A stretch of 64,000 bases of DNA from Octopus vulgaris (Eukaryota). Below are positions 50,839 through 64,000 of this stretch, piece by piece (within the stretch, counting starts at the first letter, position 1; the number at the start of each line of letters is the position of its first letter). The notes beneath the pieces are model-generated. The model was not told where the DNA came from, searched no databases, and worked only from the letters and a program-made list of their open reading frames with translations. The position numbers and the translations under genes are program-made. The stretch covers positions 213,590,001 to 213,654,000 of the forward strand of contig OX597814.1 in NCBI GenBank assembly GCA_951406725.2. Reading direction: 5' to 3'.

Positions 50839-51239
50839 CATGTATATACATATATTTTCTAATCCTTTTACAGTTCGCTCGGAACAATAATTTCTAAATC
50901 CTTATCCAACGTTTACATACATATATGTATATATGTACGTATGCATATATTTATACGCGTGTGTGTATTGTGTATGTGTGTGCGTGTATGTGTGTGTGTG
51001 TGGTTGTGCGGGCGTGTATGTGTGTGCGTCTGTGTTTGTGTGTAGGGAACAGCTTTTCTTTTATACATGTTTCATTACTGAAACGAATGTATACAAGTTT
51101 TACTCTTTTAGGCGATGAACATGTAATTAGAAACCCCCGTAAAACGTGAACGCAAGAGGCATCACTCGACCATTAACTTAAACTAATAATATACTACAAA
51201 TATACCAAAGACAAAAAGAACCCTTATCAATAACGCATA

Positions 51240-51411
51240 TAGGCGCAGGAGTGGCTGTGTGGTAAGTAGCTTGCTTACCAACCACATGGTTCCGGGTTCA
51301 ATCCACTGCGTGGCATCTTGGGCAAGTGTCTTCTGCTATAGCCCCGGGCCGACCAATGCCTTGTGAGTGGATTTGGTAGACGGAAACTGAAAGAAGCCTG
51401 TCGTATATATG

Positions 51412-51442
<31 letters not shown>

Positions 51443-51662
51443 TTGTGTGTCTGTGTTTGTTCCCATAGCATTGCTTGACAACCGATGCTGGTGTGTTTAC
51501 GTCCCCGTCACTTAGCGGTTCGGCAAAATTAGACCGATAGAATAAGTACTGGGCTTACAAAAAGAATAAGTCCCGGGGTCGAGTTGCTCGACTAAAGGCG
51601 GTGCTCCAGCATGGCCGCAGTCAAATGACTGAAACAAGTAAAAGAGTAAAAGAGTAAAGAGT
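51240..51662 (+). mobile_element. tRNA-derived SINE, family A
   Basis: Complete copy. Confidence 0.92.
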
Positions 51663-52286
51663 ATGTTAGTCCATCGAACTTCTAGTGTGCAAAGTTATCT
51701 ATAAATTTTACAGTAAAACAGGATGTTGCAAACTCCAGGACACTAACTGTTACAATGGGACAAACAAATACAACATTTTCACATAGGCCCGCCATTCACT
51801 TGCAACACGGAACATTTATGCCACACGCCAAAAATCAAAATATTAAATAGGAAAACACAAGAGGGAAATATTTAACGAAAATTCCAGACGAAAATAAATT
51901 AATTATAGAAACCGTACTCATATCGCATTATTTAATCCCGAAATTAACACGCAAACACGCACATCAAAAGCATTAACCTGTGGCTACTGATATTGTTCTT
52001 AAATACTTACAATCAAAATTTGACAGCGATTTATGAAGCTAACGGTCAAAAAGTATTTTGTAGGAAAGTCTACACGAATTCAACCAGCATATAAGAAACA
52101 ACACAGAGACCAAATATATTCAATTTAATCCTATAAATTGAAGCCGTGATCTCCTGAAAACATCAGATCCGTATTTAGAAACTGTTGCTCCAAATGAGCT
52201 ATAAAAAGTTTTAAAATGTGAAAAGACTAACATAGAAATAGATAAAACTTAAACATAGTCGTGTATGTTATGAAACATATGCATAT

Positions 52287-52570
52287 GGAGGCGCAATGGC
52301 CCAGTGGTTAGGGCGGCGGACTCGTGGTCGTAGGATCGCGGTTTCGATTCCCAGACCAGGCGTTGAGAGTGTTTATTGAGCGGAAACACCTAAAAGCTCC
52401 ACGAGGCGGCTCCGGCAGGGGGTGGTGATCCCTGCTGTACTCTTTCAGCACACTTTCTTTCTCTCTTTCTTCTGTTGGCCTGCTCGCTTAGCCAGCGGGG
52501 TGGCGTCATTCGAAGGCTAAAACAATGCGAACGCATTGTGACCAGCGATGTGTAAAACATCTGATTAACG
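52287..52570 (+). mobile_element. tRNA-derived SINE, family B variant
   Basis: GGAGGCGCAATGGCCCAGTGGTTAGGG head; 3' part differs from the 23783 copy. Confidence 0.85.
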
Positions 52571-52698
52571 GCGGTGCATCAGCATGGCCGCAGCTCTGAG
52601 CTGAAACTAAAAAAAAAAAATATGTATATATACATGTGTGTTTTTGCGTGTGTGTGTGTGTGTGTGTATAAAGATCTATATATGCATGTGTGTACATA

Positions 52699-52748
<50 letters not shown>

Positions 52749-52783
52749 TACACACACGTGTGTGCGTATGTGTGTGTATTTTA

Positions 52784-53080
52784 AGGCGTATGACTTAGTG
52801 GTTAGGGTGTTGCACGCACGATTGCGAGATCATGGTTTCGATTCCCAGACCGGACGTTGCGAGTTCTTGAGCAAAGCACTTCATTTCACCTTGCTCTGCG
52901 ACCATTCCGTCATCTGACATGTGGCACACGGTCCACCTGTACAGGTAACGTCGATTTGATGGAGGGAGTGAGCTTATGTGAACACAAACATTTGATCACA
53001 ATAAACAAATAATCTGTGTTGTTGCTCGGCAAGAGTTTGCCGATCCCTCTTACGTCGTCGTCTAACGACGATTGCGTCCT
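52784..53080 (+). mobile_element. tRNA-derived SINE, family C
   Basis: GGCGTATGACTTAGTGGTTAGGG..GGTTTCGATTCCC, TTCTTGAGCAAAGCACTT core. Confidence 0.78.
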
Positions 53081-53130
53081 TGATATGTATATGTATATAT
53101 GCACGTTTATGTATGTACATATATATTATA

Positions 53131-53524
53131 CTAGCAGTATCGCCCGGCGTTACTCGGGTTTGTAAGGGAAATAACTATATAGGCATTTTTAGAGAGTTAT
53201 AGCCAAAAAATAGCAAAGAAAGCATTAAAAATGAAAGAAAAATGATGGTAATTTTTTTTTTAAATCGTTGACTCATCGTAGACATTTTTAGAGAGTTACT
53301 TCCCTTATATTTAAAAAAATATGCATTAAAATAGAAAAAAATGATGGTAAATTATTTTTAAAATCGTAGACTCATCGTAGACGCGCGCTAATACACAGAA
53401 GGGCTCGATATGAATCACGACTATAAGATACCCGGTTTTGGTTAAACTGCACCGCAAAATCTGGGAGTAGTTAGGAATCAAATCGGAGTAGACAGACACA
53501 CAACCTTTCTTTTATATATAAAGA
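53131..53524 (-). mobile_element. Non-autonomous Helitron-like element
   Basis: TC...hairpin-CTAG termini, homologous to 47782-48178. Confidence 0.8.
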
Positions 53525-54564
53525 TACGTGTGCTTGTATGTGTGTGTAAACTCCTTACATTACTTTTTAATGAAGACATTTCCAAGTTCCTTCCCAACCC
53601 CAAAGGTAGGTTTATTACTCACTTCAAAAGCGAAATTAGTATAGCTAATAATCGCATTCCCGGCGCAGTTAACCTCAAAATTACAAGTGCAGCGCAATTA
53701 GATCAGTTTAACTGCAGAACTATTGTCATCAAGTGGCTCCATGATATTGAAAATGAAAATGCCTCTAGACTCGCTATTATGAAAATCTTTACCTTTGAAA
53801 GCTCTGGATTTCAGAAAATCATCTACAGTAATTAATTATCGTGATATTTAGGATAGATATGAAAGCTGGGAAGCCATAGTAATTTCTATTAGTTCAAAAA
53901 GGAGGTTATCTCTCTGTTCAATCATTCCATTATAACTTATATGGCGATGAAGCATCGATTGTGTGGTTCATTCGTATTTGATATTATTAGAAACTGAACC
54001 TCCCTCTCATGTCTCTAGTTCGGAGAGGGATGATAGCCGGGAAGCCCTATGCAACATAAAAATAGCAAAAGCATAGACAGTTTTATAAATAATTGATAAG
54101 ATTATTTTAAAATTTTTGGTTTAGAAATAACTCTCAATACAATCTTAACGGTTGGTATTAAACTTTCTAGAAATTACATTAATTCTTATTAAGAAATAAG
54201 CCGTTTTTTAGACTAATTGAGGTGGGGCTATAATTAAAAACTGGGTAGACATGATAAAATAAAAGTCTTCAGCCGATCCTCGGAAAAAAAGATTTCACAA
54301 AGAATGACTCCTTGTATGATGAAGGCTAGTTCGAGGTTAGTTTACAGAGAGGATATCCTCTACCACCCCAAGTCAGAGGATTTTTATAAAGAGGTGAGAT
54401 ATATGAATTAAATGCTCCTTATAACGTCACCGCCATCGTTTCCAGGAATTCACCATCCCTTGTTCTATGCCACTTCTTATCAACACACAAATACTACAAT
54501 AAATGAAATCTTCCACAGTTTAAGCTATATGTAGAACAAATACTTATGCACGCACATGTGCAAA

Positions 54565-54654
<90 letters not shown>

Positions 54655-54655
<1 letters not shown>

Positions 54656-54843
54656 CCATGTTGATTCGCTAGGTCCTTGTTTCTTTCTGTGTTTCTTTTC
54701 TGTGTATCTTTCTGTTCAAGAGCGTAGGCTCAAAACGTAAAAGACTTGTTTTATTTATATTCCTGAGCGCCATACTAATACAATTGCTTGTTTGTATTCC
54801 ACCTGCCTTCGTCTTTTGTTTATTTTCATAAAGCTTACCGTTA
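54655..54843 (+). mobile_element. Minimal-HHR family element ending at (TACA)n
   Basis: TCTTT-CTGTTCA-A-GAGC-GTAG-GCTC-AAAAC-GTA-AAAGA (core mutated). Confidence 0.75.
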
Positions 54844-54846
54844 TAC

Positions 54847-54895
<49 letters not shown>

Positions 54896-55859
54896 CGCCG
54901 GTATGTACTTAATTTTGTATGCATGCATTTATTGTTTCGCTGAGATTTTAGTCAGTAATTTTCTTTCCTTTATGATTGACACTTTTCAATCGTACATTTC
55001 CATAGTGTATTCGTCTTAATCTATTACTGTTTCTTTTCTTATAATTTCTATTCCATTTTTGTTTCGTGTAGAATGTTTCAGATTATATTTCAAAAGTCGT
55101 GTTGTATTCATAAGAACGTTTGTGTTTTAACTACTGTATTTCTCGATTGTCTGGGAATTCTTTTTATTTCATGCTTGTAAGTAAATATTTTTTTTAATCT
55201 CTTACGATTCAGAAATAATCAATCTAACTTTTTATTACTAGGCTTTGTCATTTTTTTTTCTTTTTTGTTCAGATTATTATTATGTGGTTCAATATTTTTT
55301 GACCAGAACTATTTACAGTTTGAATGAACCCTCTTCTTTCAAAGACAACAGTTTTACATTAGTTTGTTTATTGATTTTATGTTAGCGTTGCTTTCTCTCT
55401 TCGGAATAGCACTGTTATATTTATTAAGGCTGTGATTTCTAAAAATGCTCTTATCTAGAGGGAATTCCTGATTATCATTTTATATTTTACGTTTGAATAT
55501 GTGTGGAATTGCAAGCTATTAATTACTGTCACATCACAAATGATTCCTGATTGCATTCTACACGAAGAATACGCATTTTTTTTTTCTTTTCAAAAGATAT
55601 TACACCGGAGTGGTTCTTCTAACATTCTACAAGATTATAGGACTTAAGTAACCATTTCCAACAAAGCAAACGTTCATAGTTATACAAGTACATTGTAATT
55701 ATAGTACTTATAGTACTTATACATGCGCATGCATGTCTATGTCAGTTTATAGCAGCATATATGTATGCATATGTATATGCGCACACAAGCACATACTATA
55801 TATGCATAAATATATCATCGTGTCAAACTGTTCATCTCGACACGTTTTTTCTCTATTCG

Positions 55860-55913
<54 letters not shown>

Positions 55914-56049
55914 GTTTTTTCTCTCACCCTCTTCTGTCGAAGATCATGGGCTCAAAACATCAAAGACTCCATTCTTCCCGAGCGTCACACTAATATAACT
56001 GCTTGTTGTTCTCTCATCCGTCTTTGTCTTTGTTTTCTGTGCATTTGAA

Positions 56050-56148
56050 CTGTGTGTGTGTGTGTGTTCGTGTGTGTGTGTGTGTGTGTGCTTATGTACG
56101 TATATATGTATGCATGTATGCTTCTATTCGTGTATGTATGTATATATG

Positions 56149-56182
<34 letters not shown>

Positions 56183-56254
56183 TGTATGTATGTATGTATG
56201 CATGTATGTATGTATGTATGTATGTATGTATGTATGTATGTATGTATGTATGTA
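56050..56254. repeat. (TG)n/(TATG)n microsatellite
   Basis: Tandem repeat. Confidence 0.93.
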
Positions 56255-56460
56255 TAACGAGAAGCTTTACGAAAATAAACAAAAGACGAAGGCAGGTGGA
56301 ACACAAACAAACAATTGTATTAGTATGGCGCTCAAGAATATAAATAAGACAAATCTTTTACGTTTCGAGCCTACGCTCTTCAACAGAAAGATACACAGAA
56401 AAGAAACACGGAGAGAAACAAGGAGAGAGAAAAAATGCGTGCAGAAGCTAGCGAATCAAG
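56255..56460 (-). mobile_element. Minimal-HHR family element ending at (TACA)n
   Basis: Minus: ATCTTT-CTGTTGA-A-GAGC-GTAG-GCTC-GAAAC-GTA-AAAGAT (56353-56392). Confidence 0.78.
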
Positions 56461-57074
56461 AGCCAGCCGTCACCCGCAAATAAGTATGACTTAGTAGTAT
56501 GCACAGGCTTAAGTACCTACGCAGTGGCGAGCAGACATAGTCGCCGTCTAAACCCTCTTACTCTTTGATTCAGTTACACATCGAGAAGAGACAGTTGCAC
56601 TAGTACACAGTTTATACTTATTTTCGGCTGAGAAGACTAGGGCAACGTGAAATAAAATACGGTAAGCACCACGAAAAATTTCTGCCTTTCTATATCTGCT
56701 TTGCTGTCGTTTTGTTGTCTCACTTTCAGGGATTATCCAACACCAACATTTTGCTGCCTTATGCAACATCTGTGATACATAAGTCAAGATCGGTTCTCCG
56801 AGAATTAAAATAACAGACATACTTACCAATAACATGGAGAGGAAGCGCGATCTTTGGTAGATATGTAGTAGACACACCATGTCTCACCAAGAAGTCTACG
56901 CTTTTGCAATCCAGGAACGGGATAGCTACTAAATATTTTGTCAATAATAAAGATATGGATGTCTCAAAGTTTCTACTCTGAGACAGAAAATGAATATCGA
57001 TTGTGAGAATGTGTTAGCTATCACACACTTCATTATCAACTGTTCAAAAATGTCTGAAAATTACTAATTGTAAA

Positions 57075-57486
57075 GGCTCAGGAGTGGCTGTGTGGTAAGT
57101 AGCTTGTTTACCAACCACATGGTTCCGGGTTCAGTCCCACTGCGTTGCACCTTGGGCAAGTGTCTTCTACCATAGCCTCGGGCCGACCAAAGCCTTGTGA
57201 GTGGACTTGGTAGACGGAAACTGAAAGAAGCCCGTCGTATATATGTATATATATATATGCGTACGTGTGTTTGTGTGTCTGTATTTGTCCCCCTAGCATT
57301 GCTTGACAACCGATGCTGGTGTGTTTATGTCCCCGTTACTTAGCGGTTCGGCAAAAGAGACCGATAGAATAAGTACTGGGCTTACAAAAAAGAATAAGTC
57401 CCGGGATCGAGTTGTTCGATTAAAGGCGGTGCTCCAGCATGGCCGCGGTCAAATGACTGAAACAAGTAAAAAAGAGTAAAAGAGTA
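57075..57486 (+). mobile_element. tRNA-derived SINE, family A
   Basis: Complete copy. Confidence 0.92.
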
Positions 57487-57716
57487 ATTGTACTAATTCA
57501 CATCCTCTAAATGTAATCGATTACACGCTGCAACAATTATTTTGTTTTGGGTCAGTAAATTTTATTTGTTATTTGCTGTTATCTAGAAACCAAAGGAAAT
57601 GACTACTACTCCATTCAAACTGCTTTTGTGACTTGGACATCAATGTTTTGAAACTGATATATTTCCGATTGCATTTCAGAAAGATTCAGCACTGAGTTTC
57701 TGAAGCAGAAATGTTA

Positions 57717-58159
57717 TCTTTATATATAAAAGTGAAGTCGTGTGGTGTCTGTCTCCTACGATTTAGATTCCTAACTACTCCCACATTTTGCAATGCAGTT
57801 TAACTAAAACCGGGTATCTTATAGTCGTGATTCATATCGAGCCCTTCTGGGTATTAGCGCGCGTCTACGATGAGTCTACGATTTTAAAAATAATTTACCA
57901 TCATTTTTTTCCATTTTAATGCATATTTTTTTTAATATAAGGGAAATAACTCTCTAAAAATGTCTACGATGAGTCAACGATTTTTAAAAATATTTACCAT
58001 AATTTTTTTTTCCATTTTTAATGCATTTTTTGCTATTTTTTGGCTATAACTCTCTAAAAATGCTTTATAGTTATTTCCCTTACAAATCCGAGCAACGCCG
58101 GGCGATACTGCTAGTCTTTATATATAAAAGTGAAGTTGTGTGTCTGTCTCCTACGATTT
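57717..58159 (+). mobile_element. Helitron-like element plus head-to-tail start of a second copy
   Basis: A|TCTTTATATATAAAAG..CCGAGCAACGCCGG..CTAG|TCTTTATATATAAAAG. Confidence 0.82.
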
Positions 58160-58300
58160 CGGCAGAAGAGACCGATAGAATAAGTACTGGGCTTACAAAG
58201 AATAAGTTCCGGGGTCGAGTTGCTCGACTAAAGGCGGTGCTCCAGCATGGCCGCAGTCAAATGACTGAAACATGTAAAAGAGTAAAAGAGTAAAAGAGTG
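58160..58300 (+). mobile_element. SINE family A 3' half
   Basis: CGGCAGAAGAGACCGATAGAATAAG..GTAAAAGAG. Confidence 0.85.
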
Positions 58301-59514
58301 TTAGTGATACATTGAAATTTTGTAAAACATTTCAGGGGTTCTTCATTGAATGTATGCGCGAAATTGTATATAACTATGGCATACCCACATACATAAACAG
58401 CAATGAAAGATACACACTTGTGTACTGGAATGTCATGGACACCCATTCCATTCGTGTTCGTTTAGCTGCATATGCTCCGACAGATATGCATACACTAATT
58501 CATTTTCATAAATCTCAGGTTCTCCCCTCACTCGAGGAAAAGGGGACTTGAAATTTGTGAAGAAGAAACTTCAATCTCAAAGAAAAAGTACTCAGGTATT
58601 CAGGCGCACATGCATATTTACATAGATACATATATACATACATACATACATACATATGGTCATTCATTTATCTATATATGAGTGAGTCTTTGTACATTTG
58701 TGTATGTGTAGGAGCATTTGTGTGTACAAAAACTCACACATAGACACAGACACATATATGTAAACAGTCATTATTACTCATAAATTTTACATTATATCGT
58801 ATTATATTATATATGTGCGTGTCGTGGATAGAAGACCTTGGCTCCGCGAGAATGTAAATGCGTGCGGTTTTATTTTTTTCTTTTTTTTTCTTGGCATTCA
58901 ACTACAATGTAATTTATTATCATCATAACGTCTCGTTACCACTGTTCGTCAGTTGCAATATCTCTCTACTTTTCTCCTCTTCATTCAAGCTGAATCCATC
59001 TAACACCAACACCCACTCTATTTCTCCATTTTTCATTTTCTGATGGGTGGATGGTGATCTTTTTGTCGTTCAAAACATGGCGACAAAATGTTTATAATGT
59101 ATTGTTATAATAAAGAAGATATTACTTCTGTTCAGAGGCTTCTAGAGGTCAGATTTGCTTCAATATTTTTCCATGCACATGGCCTTACATCTAAGATTAC
59201 ATACGCCAAAACATTTTATCGTGACTACGCGTAGTTTAGACTTAAAATAATGTATACACATAAAAATAAATAGACATTAAATATCAATGCTATATAGATT
59301 TCCATAGACAATGTGTAGTGCCGCTAACACAATACAAAACACTGAAAGTAAATACAACTACGATGAAAGACCTTGGAGCGAAGTTCCTGCCAAGATTCGA
59401 ACTCAATCTCGCTCAATCTTTTAATCTAGAACCACAGCCAAGTTCTATTTTGACAAAATGCATGGCAAGCTTCGTGAACTGAACTATATTGTCAATCAGC
59501 ATCGGCTGGAATAT

Positions 59515-59850
59515 ATCCAGTAGGGTAAAGAACCCCTTCGGTCATGAATGATTATGGGATTGCACCTAGAAAGTTCCCCTTCCAAGGCACAAGCCCGGGC
59601 AAAATTGTTTATGGAGACCATCAGTTGCCTATGCATATCAGCCTCCCCCCTTCCACGCCAGAAAGGCAAAGGGGCCGATACAGCCTGAAACCAGTGACAT
59701 CGCAACTCATTTCTACAGCTGAATGAACTGGAGCAACGTGAAATAAAGTGACTTGATCTAGAACGTAACACACATCCCGGTCTGGGAATCGAACTCACTG
59801 CCTCATGATTGTGAGCCCGACGCTCTAACCACTGAGCTATGTACCGTCTC
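59515..59850 (-). mobile_element. tRNA-derived SINE (family B/C-like head)
   Basis: Minus: ATAGCTCAGTGGTTAGAGCG..AGTTCGATTCCCAGACCGGG. Confidence 0.75.
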
Positions 59851-60516
59851 CCCCAGTAATGTAATACACTTAAAATTTGTGTCATTTCCTGACAAATTAC
59901 ATTTCCGAATGTTCTAGAAGCTTTGCTCAAGGATATGAAAAACTGGAGTGTTGAACCTCCAAAATAGTATCCCTTCAGGCGCTACACGGAACTCTTCGCT
60001 CAATTCCATGAAAGGTGTTCTTTCTTGGAATTGTTTTATATAACATGCGTTCTATACCGTGATCGGCAAAAGCTAATCAACTTTGAGCCGTAATGCCGAC
60101 ATGCATACATATCTATACACATGCAAATATCTTGCCACGTAATTAATTATTATTATTATTATTCTATATATAATAGCTATGCATATTTATTATATAACTG
60201 TATTAATTAAGCCATTATTTCTATCATGATATAAAATTATAAATATCACATAATAACGGATATTTTTCAACACAATTCATTGCACATATTAAATACAACT
60301 GTTTGGTATAATTATATGAAACTACCAAACATTAATTGTAGGCTAATTCTGATTTTGAAACGCATTTTCTAACTTAATTAGCTGAACAGCCCAACAAACC
60401 CAATGCTATCGATTGTATTAATTCACTTCTTACGTTCGATTTAACATGTAGATTTAATATTTCGCTTTTGGATTTGGTTTGCAAGATTCTTTATATGAGT
60501 TCGTGTGTTGAAGCAT

Positions 60517-60697
60517 ATTTTGTTGTGTCTGGGGAGAGCCATTTTCTTTTTTGTGCTTTATAATGTAACACACTCACCGATAAAATTTCCACTTATTTTT
60601 ATTTTTTTAAAAAAAGAAATAAGTGGAAATTTTAACGGTGAGTGTGTTACATTATAAGGCACAAAAAGAAAATGGCTCTCCTCAGACACAACAGAAT
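60517..60697. repeat. Inverted repeat (about 80 bp arms)
   Basis: ATTTTGTTGTGTCT..TTTCCACTTATTT / AAATAAGTGGAAA..AGACACAACAGAAT. Confidence 0.88.
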
Positions 60698-60954
60698 GTA
60701 GATTTAAACAATGTCAAAAAGAAACTTAGACAATGCAGTCATGTTTCCAATTCTGTCATCATCACTTCAAGAACTCGTAGAGTTAGATGCTGCTTAGCAC
60801 AGACTTAGATTTCGTACAGTTCGTTGTCTATTTATATATGATGCGATTGCTCTTCCTTATTTTGTCCCATTCATGTGCTTGTTTGCTGCTAATCTTACGT
60901 GACTCTATTCTTAGAAAATCTACATAATTATGTATAGTGCTTGTGATATTATGT

Positions 60955-61300
60955 GGCACTCCGTCGGTTACGACGACGCGGATTTCAGATGATCCGATCA
61001 ACGGAACAGCCTGCTCGTGAAATTAACGTGCAAGTGGCTGAGCACTCCACAGAAATGTGTAATCTTAACGTAGTTCTCGGGGAGATTCAGCGTGATACAG
61101 AGTGTGACAAGGCTGGCCCTTTGAAATAGAGGTACAACAGAAACAGGAAGAAAGGGTGAGAAGAGGTTGTGATGAAAGTGTACAGCAGGGTTCGCCACCC
61201 CACCCTGCCGGAGCCTCGTGGAGTTTTAGGTGATTTCGTTCAATAAACACTCACAACGCCCGGTCGAAACCGCGACCCTAACCACTAGGCCATTGCACCT
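60955..61300 (-). mobile_element. tRNA-derived SINE, family B
   Basis: Homologous to 23783-24162. Confidence 0.85.
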
Positions 61301-61379
61301 CTACATGTTACATACATGCGATAATTGCTCGTAATTTAAGTACAAGGCTAACAGTTCTGAGGGGCAGTACATGACTGAT

Positions 61380-61763
61380 ACTTTATTTTTATCAGTACCA
61401 GGATTTGAACTCAGAATATAAAGAACCGGAAAACAAACTTCAATGCATTTTTTCCCATATTCTAATGATTCAGCCAGGTTTCTGCTTGAAAAATACATGC
61501 ATACTATTACAATGATAGCTATACTAGTAATAAAAACAATGATAATAATACTTTGAATTATAGGCATAAGGCGTGTGGTTTTGGGGGAGGGGAATAGTCG
61601 ATTGCATCGATCCCAGAATTTCACTGGTACTTAATTTATCTGACCCCCGAAAGGATGAAAGGCAAAGTCGACCTCGGTGGAATTTGAACTCAGAACGTAG
61701 CGACTTGCGAAATACCGCTAAACATCTTACCCGGGATGCTAACGATTGTGCCAGCTGGCTGCC

Positions 61764-61827
<64 letters not shown>

Positions 61828-62038
61828 TAATAATAATAAAAATAATAATAATAATAATGATGAGGATGATGATGATTTCAAATTCGGCAGAGGTCGACTT
61901 TGTCTTTCATCCTTTTAGGGACGATAAATTAAGTACAAGTGAAACATTGGGGTTGATGTTATCGACTAGTCCCCCTTCCCCAAAAATTTCAGGCCTTGTC
62001 TCTTTAGTAGAAAGGATTATTATTATTATTATTATTAT

Positions 62039-62118
<80 letters not shown>

Positions 62119-62280
62119 TAGCTGTCGTTATTATATGTATGAATGTATTTTTCAGGCAGAAACCTGGCTGAATCGGTTCTTGACATTCTGAGTTCAAATC
62201 CCGATGCTGATAAAATAAAGTATCAATCATGTACTTCACCTCAAAATTGTTGGCCCTGTACATAAATTACAAGCAATTAT
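61380..62280. mobile_element. Cluster of SINE family D fragments around (AAT)n and (ATT)n/(AGT)n tracts
   Basis: TTTGAACTCAGAA / GAGGTCGACTTTG motifs on both strands at about 61400, 61650-61765, 61877-62020 and 62150-62280. Confidence 0.75.
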
Positions 62281-62313
62281 CGTATATATGTAACATAATG
62301 TAATATCTCAAGT

Positions 62314-62900
62314 ATCTCTTATTATAAAAGGCAGATTTTATCTGCCTCCCTTTGTCTCTTATAGAAATCTACAATATAGGATTTCTTCAATTACAATTTA
62401 CCTAACATTTTTAAGAGTAGAATGCATCGAGTCGTGCCAGGTCCGGTTTTTAAAATTTCAACCCCAATTAAGCAAAATTTAGAGAAAACTCACATTGTGG
62501 TGTCTAAGTCAAGTGCTTTTCTTAGTGTGGGCTATAGCATATGCACACACACACACAAAAAAAAAGGGAGCGATCTGATTCACTCACGCTATCACTCTAA
62601 TTTCTACGACTTTCTCTTTGCAAGTTTGCAACGATTAAAGTGAAACTAATTCTATAAAACGAGAGAAGTGTACCTTAAACCACTACTAAAAAAAAAAAAC
62701 ACAGCAAACAGAAACAAATAAATACATAACGATTTACTCCTCACACAATTTCTTCAATTAGAGTTTACCCATGATTTTTCAAAGTACTTCCATTGGGTCA
62801 TGCCATAAAAATTTCTTTCAATTTTACCCCCAATTAAGACAAAATTCGAGAAAACTCAATATTTTAACATTTCACTCCGAAAGCATTGATGTACATGTGT
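62314..62900 (+). mobile_element. Probable Helitron 5' region
   Basis: A|TCTCTTATTATAAAAGGCAG start; internal repeats (CCCCAATTAAG..GAGAAAACTCA twice); 3' boundary unclear. Confidence 0.4.
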
Positions 62901-63260
62901 GCGTGCGTGAGTGTGTGTGTGTCATTCCTCACACACACGCATACACATACATATATGACAGTGACAAACACAAACGTTTCAAACAACTACATACAAACAC
63001 GTGTGTGTTTGTTATTAGTAAAAAAGGCGCCAAAACACAACTCACTTATCATTCCAACACATTTGCAAAGACACACGGACGGTCGAATTGCTATAACAAT
63101 ACAGAAAAGGTAAATTGGTTTTATATTTTACTCTGTATATATTTTATTATATAATATTATATATAGATATATGTATATATAATTGCAGTATGAAACAGTG
63201 TTTATGTATAAACAGACGACACTTATATATAGTTATTAATAAATGTATGCATCCGTTTAA

Positions 63261-64000
63261 CCCTTTCGTTACCAAACCGCCCGAAAAAATTTTGGTTAAT
63301 GTGACCAAGCCGCCCCAAACCGCCCGAATTTACCTATTCATATTTAAATGAGAATATCAGAGTAAATCTCTTTAGTACATTCGTGAAAACACGTATTATA
63401 CTTCGTAAACAGTTCAACTACAGTTTTGTACAAAAATCGAAGTGTAATTTTAATTCCGTGAATTATGGGAGATTTTTTTCCGAAATTTGTTCCTATTGTG
63501 TTTTCAAAATTTGTAATTCTGACAAAAAATGGATACGAATTTCATTATATCAAGCAGCGAGTCAGAATTCGAAGGATTTTCTACTGAAGACCTTCATAAA
63601 TCTAACTCTATGACTGAAAAAAAAAGCATGTGGTATTTGATAATGAATCTGATGTTTCATTTTCCGAAAGTGAAAACAGTGAATCCGAGATAAAGAAAAT
63701 GAATTGGCACCTGAATGGAGTGAAAATTTAAAAACTGTTTCTTTCGGTGATTTTTCTGAAGAAACTGGACCAAGCCACAGACTTTCCCAGGAGAGTAAAG
63801 CCTTAGACTATTTCTATTTACTTTTTCGAATGAGCCTATTTGAAATCATTACGGCGGAAACGAACTGTTACGCTAAAAGTAAACAAAGCGAAAGAAAGGA
63901 TAGTTTGTTATTTCCCACAACCTTAAATGAAATTAAGGCCTATTTTGCCATAAATATTATTATGGGTATCAGAAAGTTACCCAGAATAACAAATTCTATC
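63261..64000 (+). mobile_element. piggyBac-family transposon 5' end with transposase N-terminal remnant (runs off window)
   Basis: TTAA|CCCTTT terminus; frame near 63750-64000 reads FSEETGP..ALDYFYLLF..IITAETNCYA..TTLNEIKAYFAINIIMGIRKLP (PGBD-like). Confidence 0.85.

Overview
AT-rich, repeat-saturated eukaryotic DNA with no recognisable host protein-coding exon. The SINE families and dense (TA)n/(TATG)n/(GATA)n/(AAT)n microsatellites suggest a cephalopod (Octopus-like) intergenic or intronic region; this assignment is inference. Identifiable elements: a nearly intact 5'-truncated R4/Dong-type RT+RLE retrotransposon stacked with relatives in a (TAA)n tract; CR1-, RTE- and L2/Daphne-type LINE fragments; a gag/ORF1-only L1/Tx1-like fragment; a decayed Tigger/pogo transposon with nested inserts; a piggyBac 5' end; non-autonomous Helitrons; and about 25 tRNA-derived SINE copies. 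The most notable signal is not visible in the ORF track. Many short non-coding blocks wedged between microsatellites carry type I hammerhead ribozyme (HHR) folds. Three have a canonical core (16702-16795, 26228-26310, 27068-27130), one has a compensatory U3-A8 core (19397-19441), seven belong to a family of minimal dimer-type motifs, and several are decayed. They often come with long inverted repeats, CRE/TATA/polyA signals and a shared AAGTTCCT motif. This points to a diverse set of microsatellite-anchored, non-autonomous Penelope-like/retrozyme-like elements. All folds were read by eye and need covariance-model and cleavage confirmation.
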